Source: Felis catus
Lineage: Eukaryota
DNA: 64,000 nt
Reading direction: 5' to 3'
NCBI RefSeq assembly: GCF_018350175.1
Contig: NC_058368.1
Location: 226,922,001 to 226,986,000, forward strand
Shown: in pieces, positions 39,525 to 51,886 of the stretch
How positions within the stretch are numbered: position 1 is the first letter of the stretch
Layout of the letters: every line of letters begins with the position of its first letter
Made by a program: the position numbers and the translations under genes
The notes under the pieces: model-generated
What the model was told of the DNA's origin: nothing
Seen by the model: only the letters and a program-made list of their open reading frames with translations
Database searches by the model: none

Positions 39525-39735
39525 GAATTCATTCATTTAAGAAATATTTCTTTTTGACCTACCATGCCTACTATAGAAAAGGCATTGTCATTGAGCTTCA
39601 GCATGGAAAAAAAAAAAAAACAATGATCCTTGCCCTTTTGGGGCTTATAATCAAGATAAACAATTTTAAAATAAAATTAAAAAGTAAAGGATATACTACA
39701 TTAGAAGGTAACAAGTGTTATGAAAAATAAAAGCA
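39525..39735 (-). mobile_element. L2 3' end
   Basis: attcattcattt..aaatattt...tccttgccctt...gcttata...aagtg.tatgaaaaa. Confidence 0.65.
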
Positions 39736-39742
39736 ATACTTT

Positions 39743-39961
39743 GGGGCGCCTGGGTGGCTCAGTCGGTTGAGCGTCCGACTTCGGCTCAGGTCATGATCTC
39801 GTGGTCCGTGAGTTCGAGCCCCGCGTCAGGCTCTGTGCTGACAGCTCAGAGCCTGGAGCCTGCTTCGGATTCTGTGTCTCCCTCTCTCTCTGCCCCTCCC
39901 CAACTCATGCTCTGCTTCTCTCTGTCTCAAAAATAAATAAACGTTAAAAAAAATTTAAAAA
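39743..39961 (+). mobile_element. Felid Can-SINE
   Basis: Near-intact body; TSD aaaagcaata. Confidence 0.96.
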
Positions 39962-40478
39962 AAAAGCAATAGAGCAGTGTAAACAGTACATATTTTTACA
40001 TAAGGTAACCGTGTAAGCAAAAAATCAGAGATAAAACAGTTGTGTAGAAATTTGCAAGATGAGCATTTATGGCGTTTTTCAGACAAAGATGTCACTGGAA
40101 CCCCACAGCCAGGGACATTACCAAAACCCTATTACTAGCGCTGCCCTCCATGGCCAAGGCCTTCCACAGTGGTCCAGGCTCTTTACTGTAAGATGACATC
40201 ACCCACAGTGATTTAACAACTTCTTAGCTCTTGGATTCGAGACCTGGTAAGCCACTACTGTGCCAGTCCTCAGGAACACCTTGTAGACCCAAGCCAACCA
40301 CACAAACCAAGCTAAGTCTCAAACTTCGCCTACAGTTTATAGACAGTAAAATGTATCTCCCAGCTCAAGAGTTAACAATCAACATCCTTGATTGCTCCAA
40401 AGGGACTCTTGCCCCTCAGGTGACACAGAAAACAATCTCCCAAGGACCTGGCCTGTGTCAATAAGAAAATTAAAAAGC

Positions 40479-40720
40479 AGAGAGAGAGGAGAGGAGAGGA
40501 GAGGAGAGGAGAGGAGAGGAGAGGAGAGGAGAAGAGAAGAGAAGAGAAGAGAAGAGAAGAGAAGAGAAGAGAAGAGAAGAGAAGAGAAAGGAAAGGAAAA
40601 GAAAGGAAAGGAAAGGAAAAGAAAAAAGAAGAAAAGAAAAGAAAAGAAAAGAAAAGAAAAGAAAAGAAAAGAAAAGAAAAGAAAAGAAAAGAAAAGAAAA
40701 GAAAAGAAAAGAGGAGAAAA
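40479..40720. repeat. Compound polypurine pentanucleotide array (GAGAG)n-(GAGAA)n-(GAAAG)n-(GAAAA)n
   Basis: Directly visible; about 240 nt of purines only. Confidence 0.97.
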
Positions 40721-41894
40721 ACTTTAACCATGTGTTTCCATCAAAGTTTGAATTTGCTGTGTATGTTATAGGTTGATCATTGTTATCTTAAAGTAATTTT
40801 AGCCCTGGCTGCCTTTAAACAAGGTCAAGGGACAGCAAATTTGGAGACAGAAATAACACTGATATTCTCTTCAGGAACTGATTTGATCACTTTTTCCCAG
40901 TGGATAACCCATCTCTACTCTGGGCCTGTCACCCACCCGTTGCTGGCCATTGTACAGTGATGGTTGTCTCTCATCCATTAGAGAAAGTCTATCACTAAGG
41001 ACAATGTGTGGAGCAGTAAGCAAACTCCCCAGGGGCTGCTCATCCTTCCCCTGCTCCTAACCTCTCTCAAGTGGTCAAAGTCTCAACTGTTGGACAAAGA
41101 GTCTCCATTATCATGAGCTAATTTAAAAAGGCCCTTGCTGAAAAGTATGGGCTGTACTTCTTCTGCTACCACATTTTGTTTATTGGAGCACAAGGACCAA
41201 AGAACACTATGGTCCTTCATCCTAATTTCAAGATACAAAAGGCACATAGGTTTCCACATGCTGACCTTTCATGTGCCACACAATGCTGAAAGGATATCAT
41301 TTCACATCACGTGAAATGTATAACAATTAAACATCAAGGGGGTGAAAAGCTCCCTGAAAGTTCTGCATGTGATAATAACCTTACTCTTAAAAATTGCATT
41401 TCCCCACCCTCACAGTTGGAGAAAACGTAGAGACACCCATCCTCCAATTAGCAACTCTAGTCCCTAGATTATATTGCTAAGCCAATAACGATAGTGGAGT
41501 TTTAGAAACGAATTGTATCTCGGGCTGTGCTCACAAAGAAATATTTCCAAGGTGTAAGATCGCCCTGTCTTTATGAAAGAAAGTAAGATTTTTCAACTGT
41601 GAAAAACCAAGAGATATAAGTTGCCTGAAGTATTGTGATAATACTGAGAGTGAAATTCTTGTTAGGAGAGTAATGTTGACGAATGATGTGAAATGGCAGC
41701 TATCTTTCATAAGATGTTAAACAAAATGCATGTGTACAACAAATTAAGAGGGAAAAGCATTTAAACATCTGAAAGTAGATCTCATACAGATCCAACTTTG
41801 ACATAATAAGGTACCAAAAGAAGCACCAGGAAAGAAAGTTATTGAAGAATATCAAACCTCCTATTCTTTCCGAAGACCGATTCATAGAGTCTTT

Positions 41895-42050
41895 TATTAA
41901 GTTGTTTTTTTGTCTTAAAACAATAACTATTTTATTCGCCCATGATTCTGTGGTTCAGGAATTCAGGTAGGGCTCAGCTGGGTGGCTCTTCTCCTCCATG
42001 CATGTTGGCAGCAGCCATTCACTTGGATGTATTTGGCTGGTGGCTTCGTT
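41895..42050 (-). mobile_element. MaLR LTR fragment (MLT1H/I-like)
   Basis: cttaaaacaataac.attt.att..c.catgattctgtgg.tcaggaatt...gggctcagctggg. Confidence 0.7.
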
Positions 42051-42568
42051 GCTCTATCTCTTGTGTAGGTATCATGTCACTTAGCCTCTCAAGCCTGGTT
42101 CCTCTATCTTCCCATCTTAGGTGCTCTCTATTGCCAGCACCATGTGTGGGTCCCAGGATACTGATTGCTGGGGGATGTTTCTAGGAGGCACCATGGAGCC
42201 TGCTGGGGGAGCAATCTTCCTTGCCCGGGGGACACAGGACACAGGCGTCCAATATGCATCTCTGCAGCCAGGGCCACGTGCCCATCAAAAAACCCTATAT
42301 TTCTGATTCCATTCTTACCAAATGAAATCCTGCCTATAGTCATGAATATACAGAGTTTCCTAATAAGTTATGTTTATGTAGGAATTCTGAAAAAAAGGGG
42401 TGGGATGTTCAAGTAGGTACGAGAAAGGCAATTTGAAAGACCAAAACCGTTAAAAAGAAACCTGTTGGTTAAGGTTGAAGGCTGTGAATATTCACTGGAA
42501 TTAAATTCTTTTCAGCGTTTATAACCAGGCAAGCATTCTTTTAAATTTGTCTTTAAAATTCCCCCTGA

Positions 42569-42775
42569 GGGGCACGTCGGTGGCTCAGTTGGTTAAATGC
42601 CTGACTCTTGATTTTGGCTCAGGTCAAGATCTCACGGTGGTGAGACTGAGTCCCACATCTGGCTCTACCCTGGGCTTGGAGCCTGATTAAGATTCTCTTT
42701 CTCCCTCTGCCCCTACCCCTGCTCTTGCTCTCACTCCTTCAAAAAAACAAAACAAAAAGAACAAACAACAACAAC
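42569..42775 (+). mobile_element. Older Can-SINE
   Basis: ggtggctcagttggttaa..tgactcttgattttggctcaggtca. Confidence 0.9.
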
Positions 42776-42895
42776 ACCTCCTTGAATCTAGATGTATTTC
42801 AAAGTTTCAATGTCATTTCCCATGGAGTGTAAAAATATTACATGCTGATTGAATGTCATGGTACCTACACTGAAATGTATCTGTAACTCCAAAAC

Positions 42896-43094
42896 TTTTT
42901 TTTTAAGTTTTTATTTCTTTTTGAGAGAGAGAGATCATGAGTGGAGGAGGGACAGAAAGCGAGGGGGTTAAAAAGGATACAAAGCAGGCTCTGCACTGAC
43001 AACAGCAAGCATGATGTAAGGCTTGAACTCATGAACTTCGAGATCATGACTCAAGCCGAGGTAGGACTCAACCAATTGAGTTACCCAGGCACCC
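42896..43094 (-). mobile_element. Can-SINE
   Basis: Reverse SINE body; flanking aactcc(t)aaaa. Confidence 0.9.
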
Positions 43095-43639
43095 TGAAAC
43101 TCCTAAAAGTTTTGACTGGCAGGAGAGCTAAGACGCTTTCCATCTCTTCTCCATTTGGCCAAAGGAACAGTTAATACATCAATGACACTTCAAGGTAATG
43201 CATAGGAAACTGTTACTACCACTTCCAAAGAAGACTTACTCTTCACAAAGTAAATAGAGGAGGCCCTGCCAATGCTCCAGATCTTTGCCTCAGGCAAGAC
43301 AACAGTCAGGCTTTTGTGGTCTCCTCATACCTTACATTCCTGAAGCCAGGGGACGGTGTTAGAACTTCTCCTAAGATTCTGTACGGCTCTAGAACCTTTT
43401 GTTCCATACTTTAAAAACTTCAAAATTCTCCCGTTGACTTCAGGAAAGCCAAAATACTCCCGATCCTGGTAACCAAGATTCTTATAATCTGGTTTCCCCC
43501 CTGCATCTCCCAGTCACCCATTCCCTTAATACATTTCAAGATGTGGCTCTAAAGCAGCTACAAAGCTTCCTCACTGTCCTGAAACATACTAAACTCATTC
43601 TTTTGTGAGATGGAAAATGATTCCTCTCTAGATTCCAGC

Positions 43640-44101
43640 TCTGGGAAACAAAATGATGGCTCCAGTTCTTCGAGCTGTGACTGGATTACCCAATATGCCT
43701 AAAGGGCTTTCGCAGGTGTGGTTATTAAATTAATGACTTTGAGATGGGGAGATTACCCTGGATTATCTTGGTGGGCCCATGTAATCATAAAATCCTTGTT
43801 ACTGAAAGAAGGGGACAGGAGAAGCAGGAGAAAGGGGACTCAGAGAAAGAGATATCCAGACAGAAGCAGAGATCAGAGCAATCTGATTGCTGGCTTGGCA
43901 GATGGGACGAACCATGAGCCACAGAATGCAGGTAGCCTCTAAGAGCTGGAAATGGCAAGGAAATGGATACTCCCTTCTCCAGGAGAAGTACAACCCTGCT
44001 GACACGTTGATGTTAGACTTCCAGAACCCTAACGATAAATTTGTGTTTTAGACCCCCAAGGTTGTGGTAATTTGCTTTAGCAGCAGTGGGAAACTAATAT
44101 A
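43640..44101 (+). mobile_element. MaLR solo LTR (MLT1D-like) inserted in an L2 remnant
   Basis: ttgagatggggagattaccctggattatc.ggtgggccc..gtaatca...ggtaatttg...agcagc...ggaaactaata. Confidence 0.88.
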
Positions 44102-44389
44102 TAAGGCTTTAAAATTAATCTCAAGTCTTACTTTCTTGGAAGTTCTACCCAAATGCTCTAACCTATTCCACACAGTTTTCTTTAAAGTTTCCTTGAATAT
44201 CTACTTGTTTTACTGTTATGCCCCCACAGTAAGAGATCTGGTGGCAGTAAAACTGCAACTCCAAATACAAGTGAGAAGCTTGGGCTAAATATTAGTATTA
44301 TGCTGATAGAAGACAAGCCATTAAAAATGGACGAAATCACTTGAGGTTTGTGGCACATTTGAAGAAAGATGTGTCCTTTGCTTTCTGAA

Positions 44390-45050
44390 ATGTTTTTGTA
44401 TTATATGTTGATGATTTCTTCCTCATGTTTTATTCTCTTTCTAGAACTACCCTTACTCAAATGATAAATCTGTTTGACAAGTTCTCTAGTTCCTTTATTA
44501 TTTTTCTATTATCCTTCTTTTTTCTTTATTTTCCACCAGAGTCCCTTAACCTTGTCTTCTAACTCTTCCAAATATCTTTTATTTCTGCCATCTAGCTTTC
44601 AATTCCCAAGATGGATATACTTTTTAATTTTTTTAATTGTTTATTTTTATTTTTGAGAAAGAGAGTGTGAGCAGGGAAGGGGCTGAGAGAGAGGGAGACA
44701 CAGAATCAGGCACAAGATCCAGGTTCTGAGATGTCAGCATAGAGCCTACACAGGGCTCAAACTCACCAACCGCACGCCCGAGATCATGGCCTGGGCTGAA
44801 GTCAGACAGTTAATTGACTGAGTGACCCAGGAAGGCCTCCCAAGTTGGATACTTACCTTCTGATTTTTTTTTCTTGCTTTTTGGTTTTGTTTTTTACGAG
44901 AGCCTGTTCTTGTTTTGTAGATGCAACGTATTCTCTCATTTCTCTAAGGATGTCAATGATAAAGTTGGCTTGGAAGTTTTCCTTTATATTTTCTGTTTCT
45001 CCAGTTTGCTTTCATTTTCTATTGGCTTGTTTGAATCTCTATCTTCAGTG
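44390..45050 (-). mobile_element. Old L1/HAL1 ORF1-like remnant
   Basis: T-rich; tctagaactac..ttactcaaatg...ttgacaagttctcta; tctctcatttctctaaggat. Confidence 0.55.
44621..44837 (-). mobile_element. Can-SINE
   Basis: Reverse SINE; imperfect TSD tcccaag(a/t)tggata. Confidence 0.92.
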
Positions 45051-45299
45051 GCTTTCCCTAATTGCTCACAATTTGTTGTTTGCTTATGCTTCACAGTAGG
45101 GATATGGAAATGTACTTGGAAGCCCTGAACATGTGGATGGAACTTGTCAGCTTGAGCTTGTAGAGTGATCTTGGAGTGCCTTTTTTTGGGAAACTAGTGA
45201 TGTTAGTAAGTTTACTTATTTTCTTTTCTTGTTCTTTCAGTTACATATAATGCATGGGTATATATGTCATGCATTATGTATATGTACAATACATAATGT

Positions 45300-46054
45300 C
45301 ATCTTTAGGTGTTATATGTGTATGCATTATTGAATTAAGATACTTTCCTTCAATTCCTGCCTTGTTTGTGTTTTTTTGTAATCATGAATGTGTAAATTTT
45401 ATAACACATTTACTGCATGTATCAACATTATTATATGTTTTCCTTTCTCTATATTTATATTAGTATGGTAAATTACATTTAATGATTTTTCACAGTTAAA
45501 CCAACCTTGCATTCCTGGGATAGACCCCATTTTGTCATAATGAATTATTCATTTGGTAACATTTTACTTGTAACTTTTTGAGAATTATTAAGTTCTAAGT
45601 TCAAGAGAAATATGGGGGGGGGGGCATTTTGCTTGCCTGTAATATCATGTCAGGTTTTTGTATCAGGGATATGCTGGCCTCATCAAAAAAAAATTTGAAG
45701 AATGTTCTTTATTTTCTATTTTCTGAAATAATTTGTGCAAGGTAAGTATTATTTCTTCCTTAAACATCTGAAAGAATTCATTGAAAATAAAATGGTCTTG
45801 GGAAATTTTTTAAGTATTATTTTTAATTAAAAATTTATTTAATAAACATAGGGCCATCAAATTTTCTATTCTTGCATTTGTTTTGGAAACTACCATTTTA
45901 TCTAACTTGTTGAATTTATTTATGCAAATTTATTTATACTTGTATTATTTTTGTATTGTTTAGAAGATTAGTACTGAGATATCCTCTTTCGTTCCTGATA
46001 TTATCATTTGTGTGTTGTCTCTTCTTGTTTTGTTTAGGGGGTATTTTGTTTTGT

Positions 46055-46094
<40 letters not shown>

Positions 46095-47660
46095 GGTGAA
46101 TATAGCTAGGGGATTATAACTTTTATTATTATTTTCATATGAAATTTATTGATTTGTTTCATTGTTTTCTTCTGTATATCTATACTTATGTTTATTATTT
46201 CTTTTTCTTCTGTAACTTTGGGTTTAGTTTCTTATTTTTTTTTATAGCTTCTTGTAATAGTTTCTTGATGTAAATATTTATAGCCATGATTTTGCCTCTA
46301 AATATTGCTTTGGCTGCCTCCCATAAATTCTGATGTGTTGTGTTTAAACTTCATTTAATTTAAAGTATTTTCTAAGTCATCTTGTGATTTCTTCTTTAAT
46401 CCATTACTTATTTAGAGAAGTGTTGCTTATTTTCCAATATTTGATGATTTTATGGATTTTACTACTGAATCTTAATTCTCTTAAGAAAAGTATACTGTAT
46501 ATTTCAATCCTCATTTATCAAAATATGTTTTATGATCCATCCCAATTGTTTTATGCCTATTTGGAAAGAATTGTGTATCCTACAGCTTTTGGGTATAATT
46601 GTTCTAGGTAATTGTGTTCTGGATGTTAGAATTTTTCAATCAATTTCAATGTTGTTTTTATTATATGTATTCTATTTATTATTGAGAATGTGGTGTTAAT
46701 ACTTCCAATTGTTGATTGTGGACTTTTCTATGTTACTTCTGTAATTTTTAGTTCATGAATTCTAAAGCTCTATTATGTGTACATATTTAGAATTGTTTTA
46801 TGTTCTTAATTTCTTTTTTTTTAATATGAAATGACCCTCTTTATCTCCAGTAATACATCCTTGCCTTAAAGTCTACTTTGTGTGATGGTATATGGTATAT
46901 ACGCTTTTACACTTAGAATTTGTATGCCAGATCATTTTCTATTCAGTCTGTTTATATTTAGTGGGAATCTCTTATAAACTGCATGTTGTAGGATATCGCT
47001 CTTGAAAAATCTAGCCTGTCAATCTGCCTTCTACATAAAAATTTTAGTACATTTAGATTTAACACAATTTTCTTAAACTTTATTTCTTTATTTTGAGAGA
47101 GAGAGAGAGAACAAGAAGAGGGAGGGGCAAAGAGAGAGGAGGAAAGATTCGCTAGCAGGCTTCATGCTGTCAGCATGAGCCCATCATGGGGCTTGATCTC
47201 ACAACCCATGAAATCATAACCTGAGCCAAAATCGAGTTGGATGCTTTACCGACTGAGCCACCCATGCACCCCAGGTTTAACACAATTATTAATTGAATTG
47301 TGTTTAATGTTATCACCTTGCTATAAGTTTTCCAGTCATTCCTTCTGTTTGTGTTGTTGTTTTATTATTTTGATCCTCATCTTTATTTCCTCTTGGATTT
47401 ATCAAGTGCTTTTTAGTATTCCATTATTTCCTCTATTGGTTTTTATTGACACCTTCACATACATACGAAGTGATTTTTGGTGATTGCTCCAGGGATCATA
47501 TTATGCATTTTTAACTTACCAGTCAACCTTGAATTAATATTATCCGACTTACCATATAATTTAAGAATCTCACAACAGTATAGTTCCCCTTACACCCTCT
47601 TCCATCTTGGTGCTATTATTGTTGTATATTTTATTTTTACATTTATCACAAACCCGTGAA
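45300..47660 (-). mobile_element. Old L1 ORF2 fragment; internal (TG)n at about 46053-46092
   Basis: ttaaaccaaccttgcattcctgggatagacccca is the antisense of the L1 ORF2 GFIPGMQGWFN motif; T-rich. Confidence 0.88.
47070..47272 (-). mobile_element. Can-SINE in L1
   Basis: TSD ag(a/g)tttaacacaatt at 47055-47069 and 47273-47287. Confidence 0.93.
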
Positions 47661-49290
47661 AATTTTTGCTGTAGGAAGTCAATTGACATGAAAAAAAATT
47701 TGAATTGTTTGCTATTTAAAGTAACTGCAGTGAGGCAGAGGTCAAAAAATAAAGTAACTGTAGCAAAGATGTTAGAAGAAAACCAATAATCTTTTGATAA
47801 GTTGGAATTTTAAGTCAAAAATATTTTCCCTTTTAGCGAGGACAGTCTTAATTGGAAATGTATCAGAGGTAAAGCAGGGAGTCACGCTAGGAGTGCCCTG
47901 AGTGTAGATTCACATGTCAATTTTTGTTTGTTTGTTTGTTTGTTTTTTACCATTTGGCCTGTGGCACAAGTTGGTCCTCAGGATATCATTTTTACTGCAG
48001 GTGCAGAGTGGATACCTAAGGACTTTAGAGAGGTGTTCTATTCCTGAATATGCTTTTCATGCGGTGTGTGATATGTTCTGCCTTTTTCCCTATGAAGCTT
48101 ATTGGCCACGTTTCAATGCAATATGTATACACAAGGGGGCAGAGTTAAACTAGATGTAAGCCAGATCCAGGGCATTCTAGTTTGCAAGTAGCTCAGATTT
48201 CATATTTGATTTACAATAATCATTTTCTATGTAGAATGTTTTTCCTGTCCATTGAAACATATTTGACCCTTAGAAAAAGTTTCGTTCATGAAGTAATGCC
48301 TGTGCCTCAGAAACAAATGGTCTATGTTTACAGGGTCATTCTTGGTCTTAAATTTTCTCATTTAAATATTATCTAAATCTCGCCATTTTTGGTCGGGGGG
48401 GGGGCGGGAAATGAGCCTGTAAGTAAAATATAATGGCCATTTCATTTCATTTCATTTCATTTCAAAATAAGCCACTAAGGAGAATGCAGAGCTTGGGTTT
48501 TTTCTGTCAAAAATACGATAAAATTCAAAAGAGAACAAGACCTGAGCAAGGTTGAGAGTTGCAGCCGGAACTAAATATGCTGATTTCGCAAAGGTTTTTA
48601 GACTCCTCAAATATGTGTCTGGTTCTCAAAGGCAACATTCTTCACATATCTCCTGTCTTTATCCTGCAGGCAGTTTTGAAGGGGAGTATTTGTTCCTGTT
48701 CTGCCCAACCTGACCCACCTTAAGCCTTGAATGTATGGTCATCAAAGGACCAAAAGAGATGCTCTTCTGCTTTAAAATATGCTTCCTTCCCCCGTTAAAG
48801 ATGTAATGCAGGTTTCCAAAAAGAAATCCTTTTCTTCAATGTTTATCGATAAGACCTAAAATGCAAATAACCGCGGGAGAAGTAGTTCACCCGCTTCCAT
48901 TCACATGGAGAAAAATGGAATGAAAACAAATCCCTGCCTTACTCCATGCTTTGATAAAGCTAAGAGGAAATTTCCACTTGGCAAAGGAGGGTTGAAGAAG
49001 AAACCAAGAAAACGGGGAAGAGCCCAGAAACAGAAATAGGCAGATGCCAAGGCAACTTACTTAGATCACAGTTCACCCTTGGGAGCAACCTACTCAGCAG
49101 CCTGCATCACTGTCATTTATTTCATGTGTCCTTTTAGAAGATATTTCATTGAAAACGGATGCAGCAATGTGACGTGTCTGAGGTTTGACGTGATAGAAAA
49201 AAACCTGATATTTAGACCTCTTAGTTCAAAATTGCAAGCGACATTTTTTGTTAGGCACCAGTAACTGATTTATAAAATGATAATTTTTGG

Positions 49291-49490
49291 GGGGCGCCTG
49301 GGTGTCTCAGTCGGTTAAGCGGTCGACTTCGGCTCAGGTCATGATCTCGCGGTCCGTGAGTTCGAGCCCCGTGTCGGGCTCTGTGCTGACAGCTCAGAGC
49401 CTGGAGCCTGTTTCCGATTCTGTGTCTCCCTCTCTCTGACCCTCCCTGTTCATGCTCTGTCTCTCTCTCTCTCAAAAGTAAATAAACATT
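49291..49490 (+). mobile_element. Felid Can-SINE, left monomer of a tandem dimer
   Basis: Full body ending aaataaacatt with no poly-A. Confidence 0.96.
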
Positions 49491-49699
49491 GGGGCGCCTG
49501 GGTGGCTTAGTCGGTTAAGCGTCCGACTTCAGCCCAGGTCATGATCTTGCGGTCCGTGAGTTCGAGCCCCGCGTCGGGCTCTGGGCTGACAGCTCAGAGC
49601 CTGGAGCCTGTTTCAGATTCTGTGTCTCCCTCTCTCTCTGACCCTCCCCCGTTCATGCTTTGTCTCTCTGTCTCAAAAATCAATAAACGTTAAAAAAAA
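49491..49699 (+). mobile_element. Felid Can-SINE, right monomer of a tandem dimer
   Basis: ggggcgcctggg begins immediately after the left monomer. Confidence 0.96.
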
Positions 49700-50191
49700 T
49701 TTTTTTTAATGTTTCCTTTGTTCAAGTAAAACGGTATTTTCATGAGGGGAATAATCTCAAAACAGTGAATATTCTGTTACTAATTCAAGGGGGACTATTA
49801 GAAAGCGAGCCTCATAGTTCTATGTTGTGGGTAGAAGAGCTGAAAACCAACAGTATCCTGAAAGACAGAATAAATGAGGCATAAATGGAGATAGTGCCTG
49901 GAGAAAATTCTAATGGAACTAAAAATAAGTGTCATGGCCTCTAATTCCCAATTATCCACTAATTAACAAGCCGTCTCGTTCTTTGTATTTTAAAATGTAG
50001 CCATTGGGAAAAGTTTCACCATTATTAGATTCTTTCAGAACGTTTAATTTTCTCATTTTTAAAAATCCATCCGACCGCTTAAAACAAGCAAGCTGGTTAA
50101 ACCTGTTAGGAAAACGACATTAATGGATATTTTTTGCCAATTATCTTAGGAAGGTCTCATGTGATACAAAATAATGTATTGGGTCACATTC

Positions 50192-50407
50192 TTTTTTTTT
50201 TTTTTCAATGTTTATTTATTTTTGGGTCAGAGAGAGACAGCATGAACGTGGGAGGGGCAGAGAGAGAGGGAGACACAGAATCGGAAACAGGCTCCAGGCT
50301 CTGAGCCATCAGCCCAGAGCCCGACGCAGGGCTCGAACTCACGGACCGCGAGATCGTTACCTGAGTTGAAGTCGGACGCTTAACCGACTGCGCCACCCAG
50401 GCGCCCC
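50192..50407 (-). mobile_element. Young felid Can-SINE
   Basis: Near-consensus; imperfect flank repeat gtatt(g/t)ggtc. Confidence 0.96.
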
Positions 50408-50609
50408 GGGTATTTGGTCTTTAATGACATCTTTTTTTTTTTTTTCCTCCCATATCAAAACAAACTGCTCTCTCTTCTTTCCATTGACATAGTAATACGC
50501 TAGCGTTGAGATTAAAGGTGTATTCAGATAGGGCATTCGAGAAAACAGTCATACAGACGAGAGACATGGAAATAAGAATTTGTAACAAACAATTCTCATT
50601 TTGGAGACC

Positions 50610-50782
50610 CTGCCACTTACAGTGTTCATTCGGTTCTCGTGCACATCATCGTTGTAAGGTCAGCGGACAAAGTATTATGATCTCATTCTGCAGGAAGAGA
50701 TTGAGGTGGGGAGAAGTTGAGTGACTTGTGAGTTTATAGGGCTAGTGGAAGACCGAGGGGCTTCAGTCCGGTTTCTCTGACT
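50610..50782 (-). mobile_element. MIR
   Basis: tattat..tctcattctgcaggaagaga.tgagg...gagaagttgagtgacttg. Confidence 0.7.
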
Positions 50783-50802
50783 TTGTTATTTAAAAAACAC
50801 AT

Positions 50803-51000
50803 GCGGCGCCTCGGTGGCTCAGTCGGTTAAGGCGACCGACTCTTGATTTCGGCTGAGGTCATGATCTCGCATTTCATGAGTTCGAGCCCCCCGTAGGGCT
50901 CTGCGCCCACAGCGCAGAGCCTGCCTAGGATTCTCTGTCTCCCTCTCTCTCTAACCCCTCCCCGGCTTGCTTTTTCTCTCTTAAAAATAAAGAGCAAAAA
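50803..51000 (+). mobile_element. Older-type Can-SINE retaining many CpGs
   Basis: gactcttgatttcggct subtype with numerous CG dinucleotides. Confidence 0.92.
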
Positions 51001-51014
51001 AGTCCAACTAATGT

Positions 51015-51195
51015 TAACTAATATTAGTAAGCTCCTACTGTGTGCCAAGTACTACTCTATAAACACTTCATGTGTGTAGCATGTAAACACGTAAAGTGTT
51101 TTATCATGCAACCCTCAAAACAACCCCATTGTTTTTATGCCTATCTTAAAGAAGAGGAAACTGAGGCATGGGGAGTTGAAGTCGTGCGCTAAGTG
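51015..51195 (-). mobile_element. MIR
   Basis: cctactgtgtgccaagtact...cctca.aacaaccc...gaggaaactgaggc. Confidence 0.8.
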
Positions 51196-51414
51196 AAGAC
51201 AACGTTCGCTTCCCATCCTCTGGCCGTCCTGCTCCCTGCAGCATTTTCACTGCCACATACTGCCGAAAATCTGCTTTCTTCCTTTCTTTCCTGATTGGGT
51301 GTGCTCCTTGGCATCTAACCAACCATGAAATGTTCGAGGCTGTCAGTTATGGCCATTGGTTTATTCTCCTTTTCCCTGTAGCCATTCTTTCATTTGGGGA
51401 GTAAGGCTCCCATA

Positions 51415-51530
51415 CTGGGACTCCGGGTCCCAGCCGGCCGCGCAGCCAGCGTGGTGCCTTGGGTAAGATCATCCAAACTTCTCTTGGTCTTTGCTTTCTC
51501 TAAAGTGAAGCTCTGGTTGGCTCTAGAGAA
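51415..51530 (+). mobile_element. MIR core fragment, GC/CpG-enriched
   Basis: gtcccagc...ccttgggtaag.tca...aac.tctct...tttctct aligns to the MIR core. Confidence 0.55.
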
Positions 51531-51680
51531 AAAGAGGTTAAAATTCGTGATTTATAAAATCGATTTCCATTCTCCCATTCACAGAGTGGTGCTTTTACCG
51601 TCCACTCGTCCCATTTTTGAAAAAAAGATTTTTTTTTTCCATTGCGCTGTGGTAGGGCACAACTTTAAAAGCTGCACAAC

Positions 51681-51825
51681 GGGGGAGGCTGGCTGGCTGA
51701 GTCAGTTAAGCGCCTGGTGCTCTTGATTTCGGCTCAGGTCGCGATCTCATGGTTTCACGAGTTCAGGCCTCACCGTCTGGCTCTGCGCTGGCAGCACGGA
51801 GCCTGCCCCTCCCCCACTCATGCTG

Positions 51826-51858
<33 letters not shown>

Positions 51859-51886
51859 AAATAAATAAACAAAAATAAAATAAAAT
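51681..51886 (+). mobile_element. Older Can-SINE with an internal deletion
   Basis: TSD aaaagct(g/a)cacaa at 51667-51679 and 51887-51899; gagcctgc joined directly to ccctcccc. Confidence 0.92.

Noticed and set aside
40372..40731. Lys/Arg/Glu-rich and Phe/Ser/Leu-rich ORFs
   Set aside because: Translation of a pentanucleotide microsatellite
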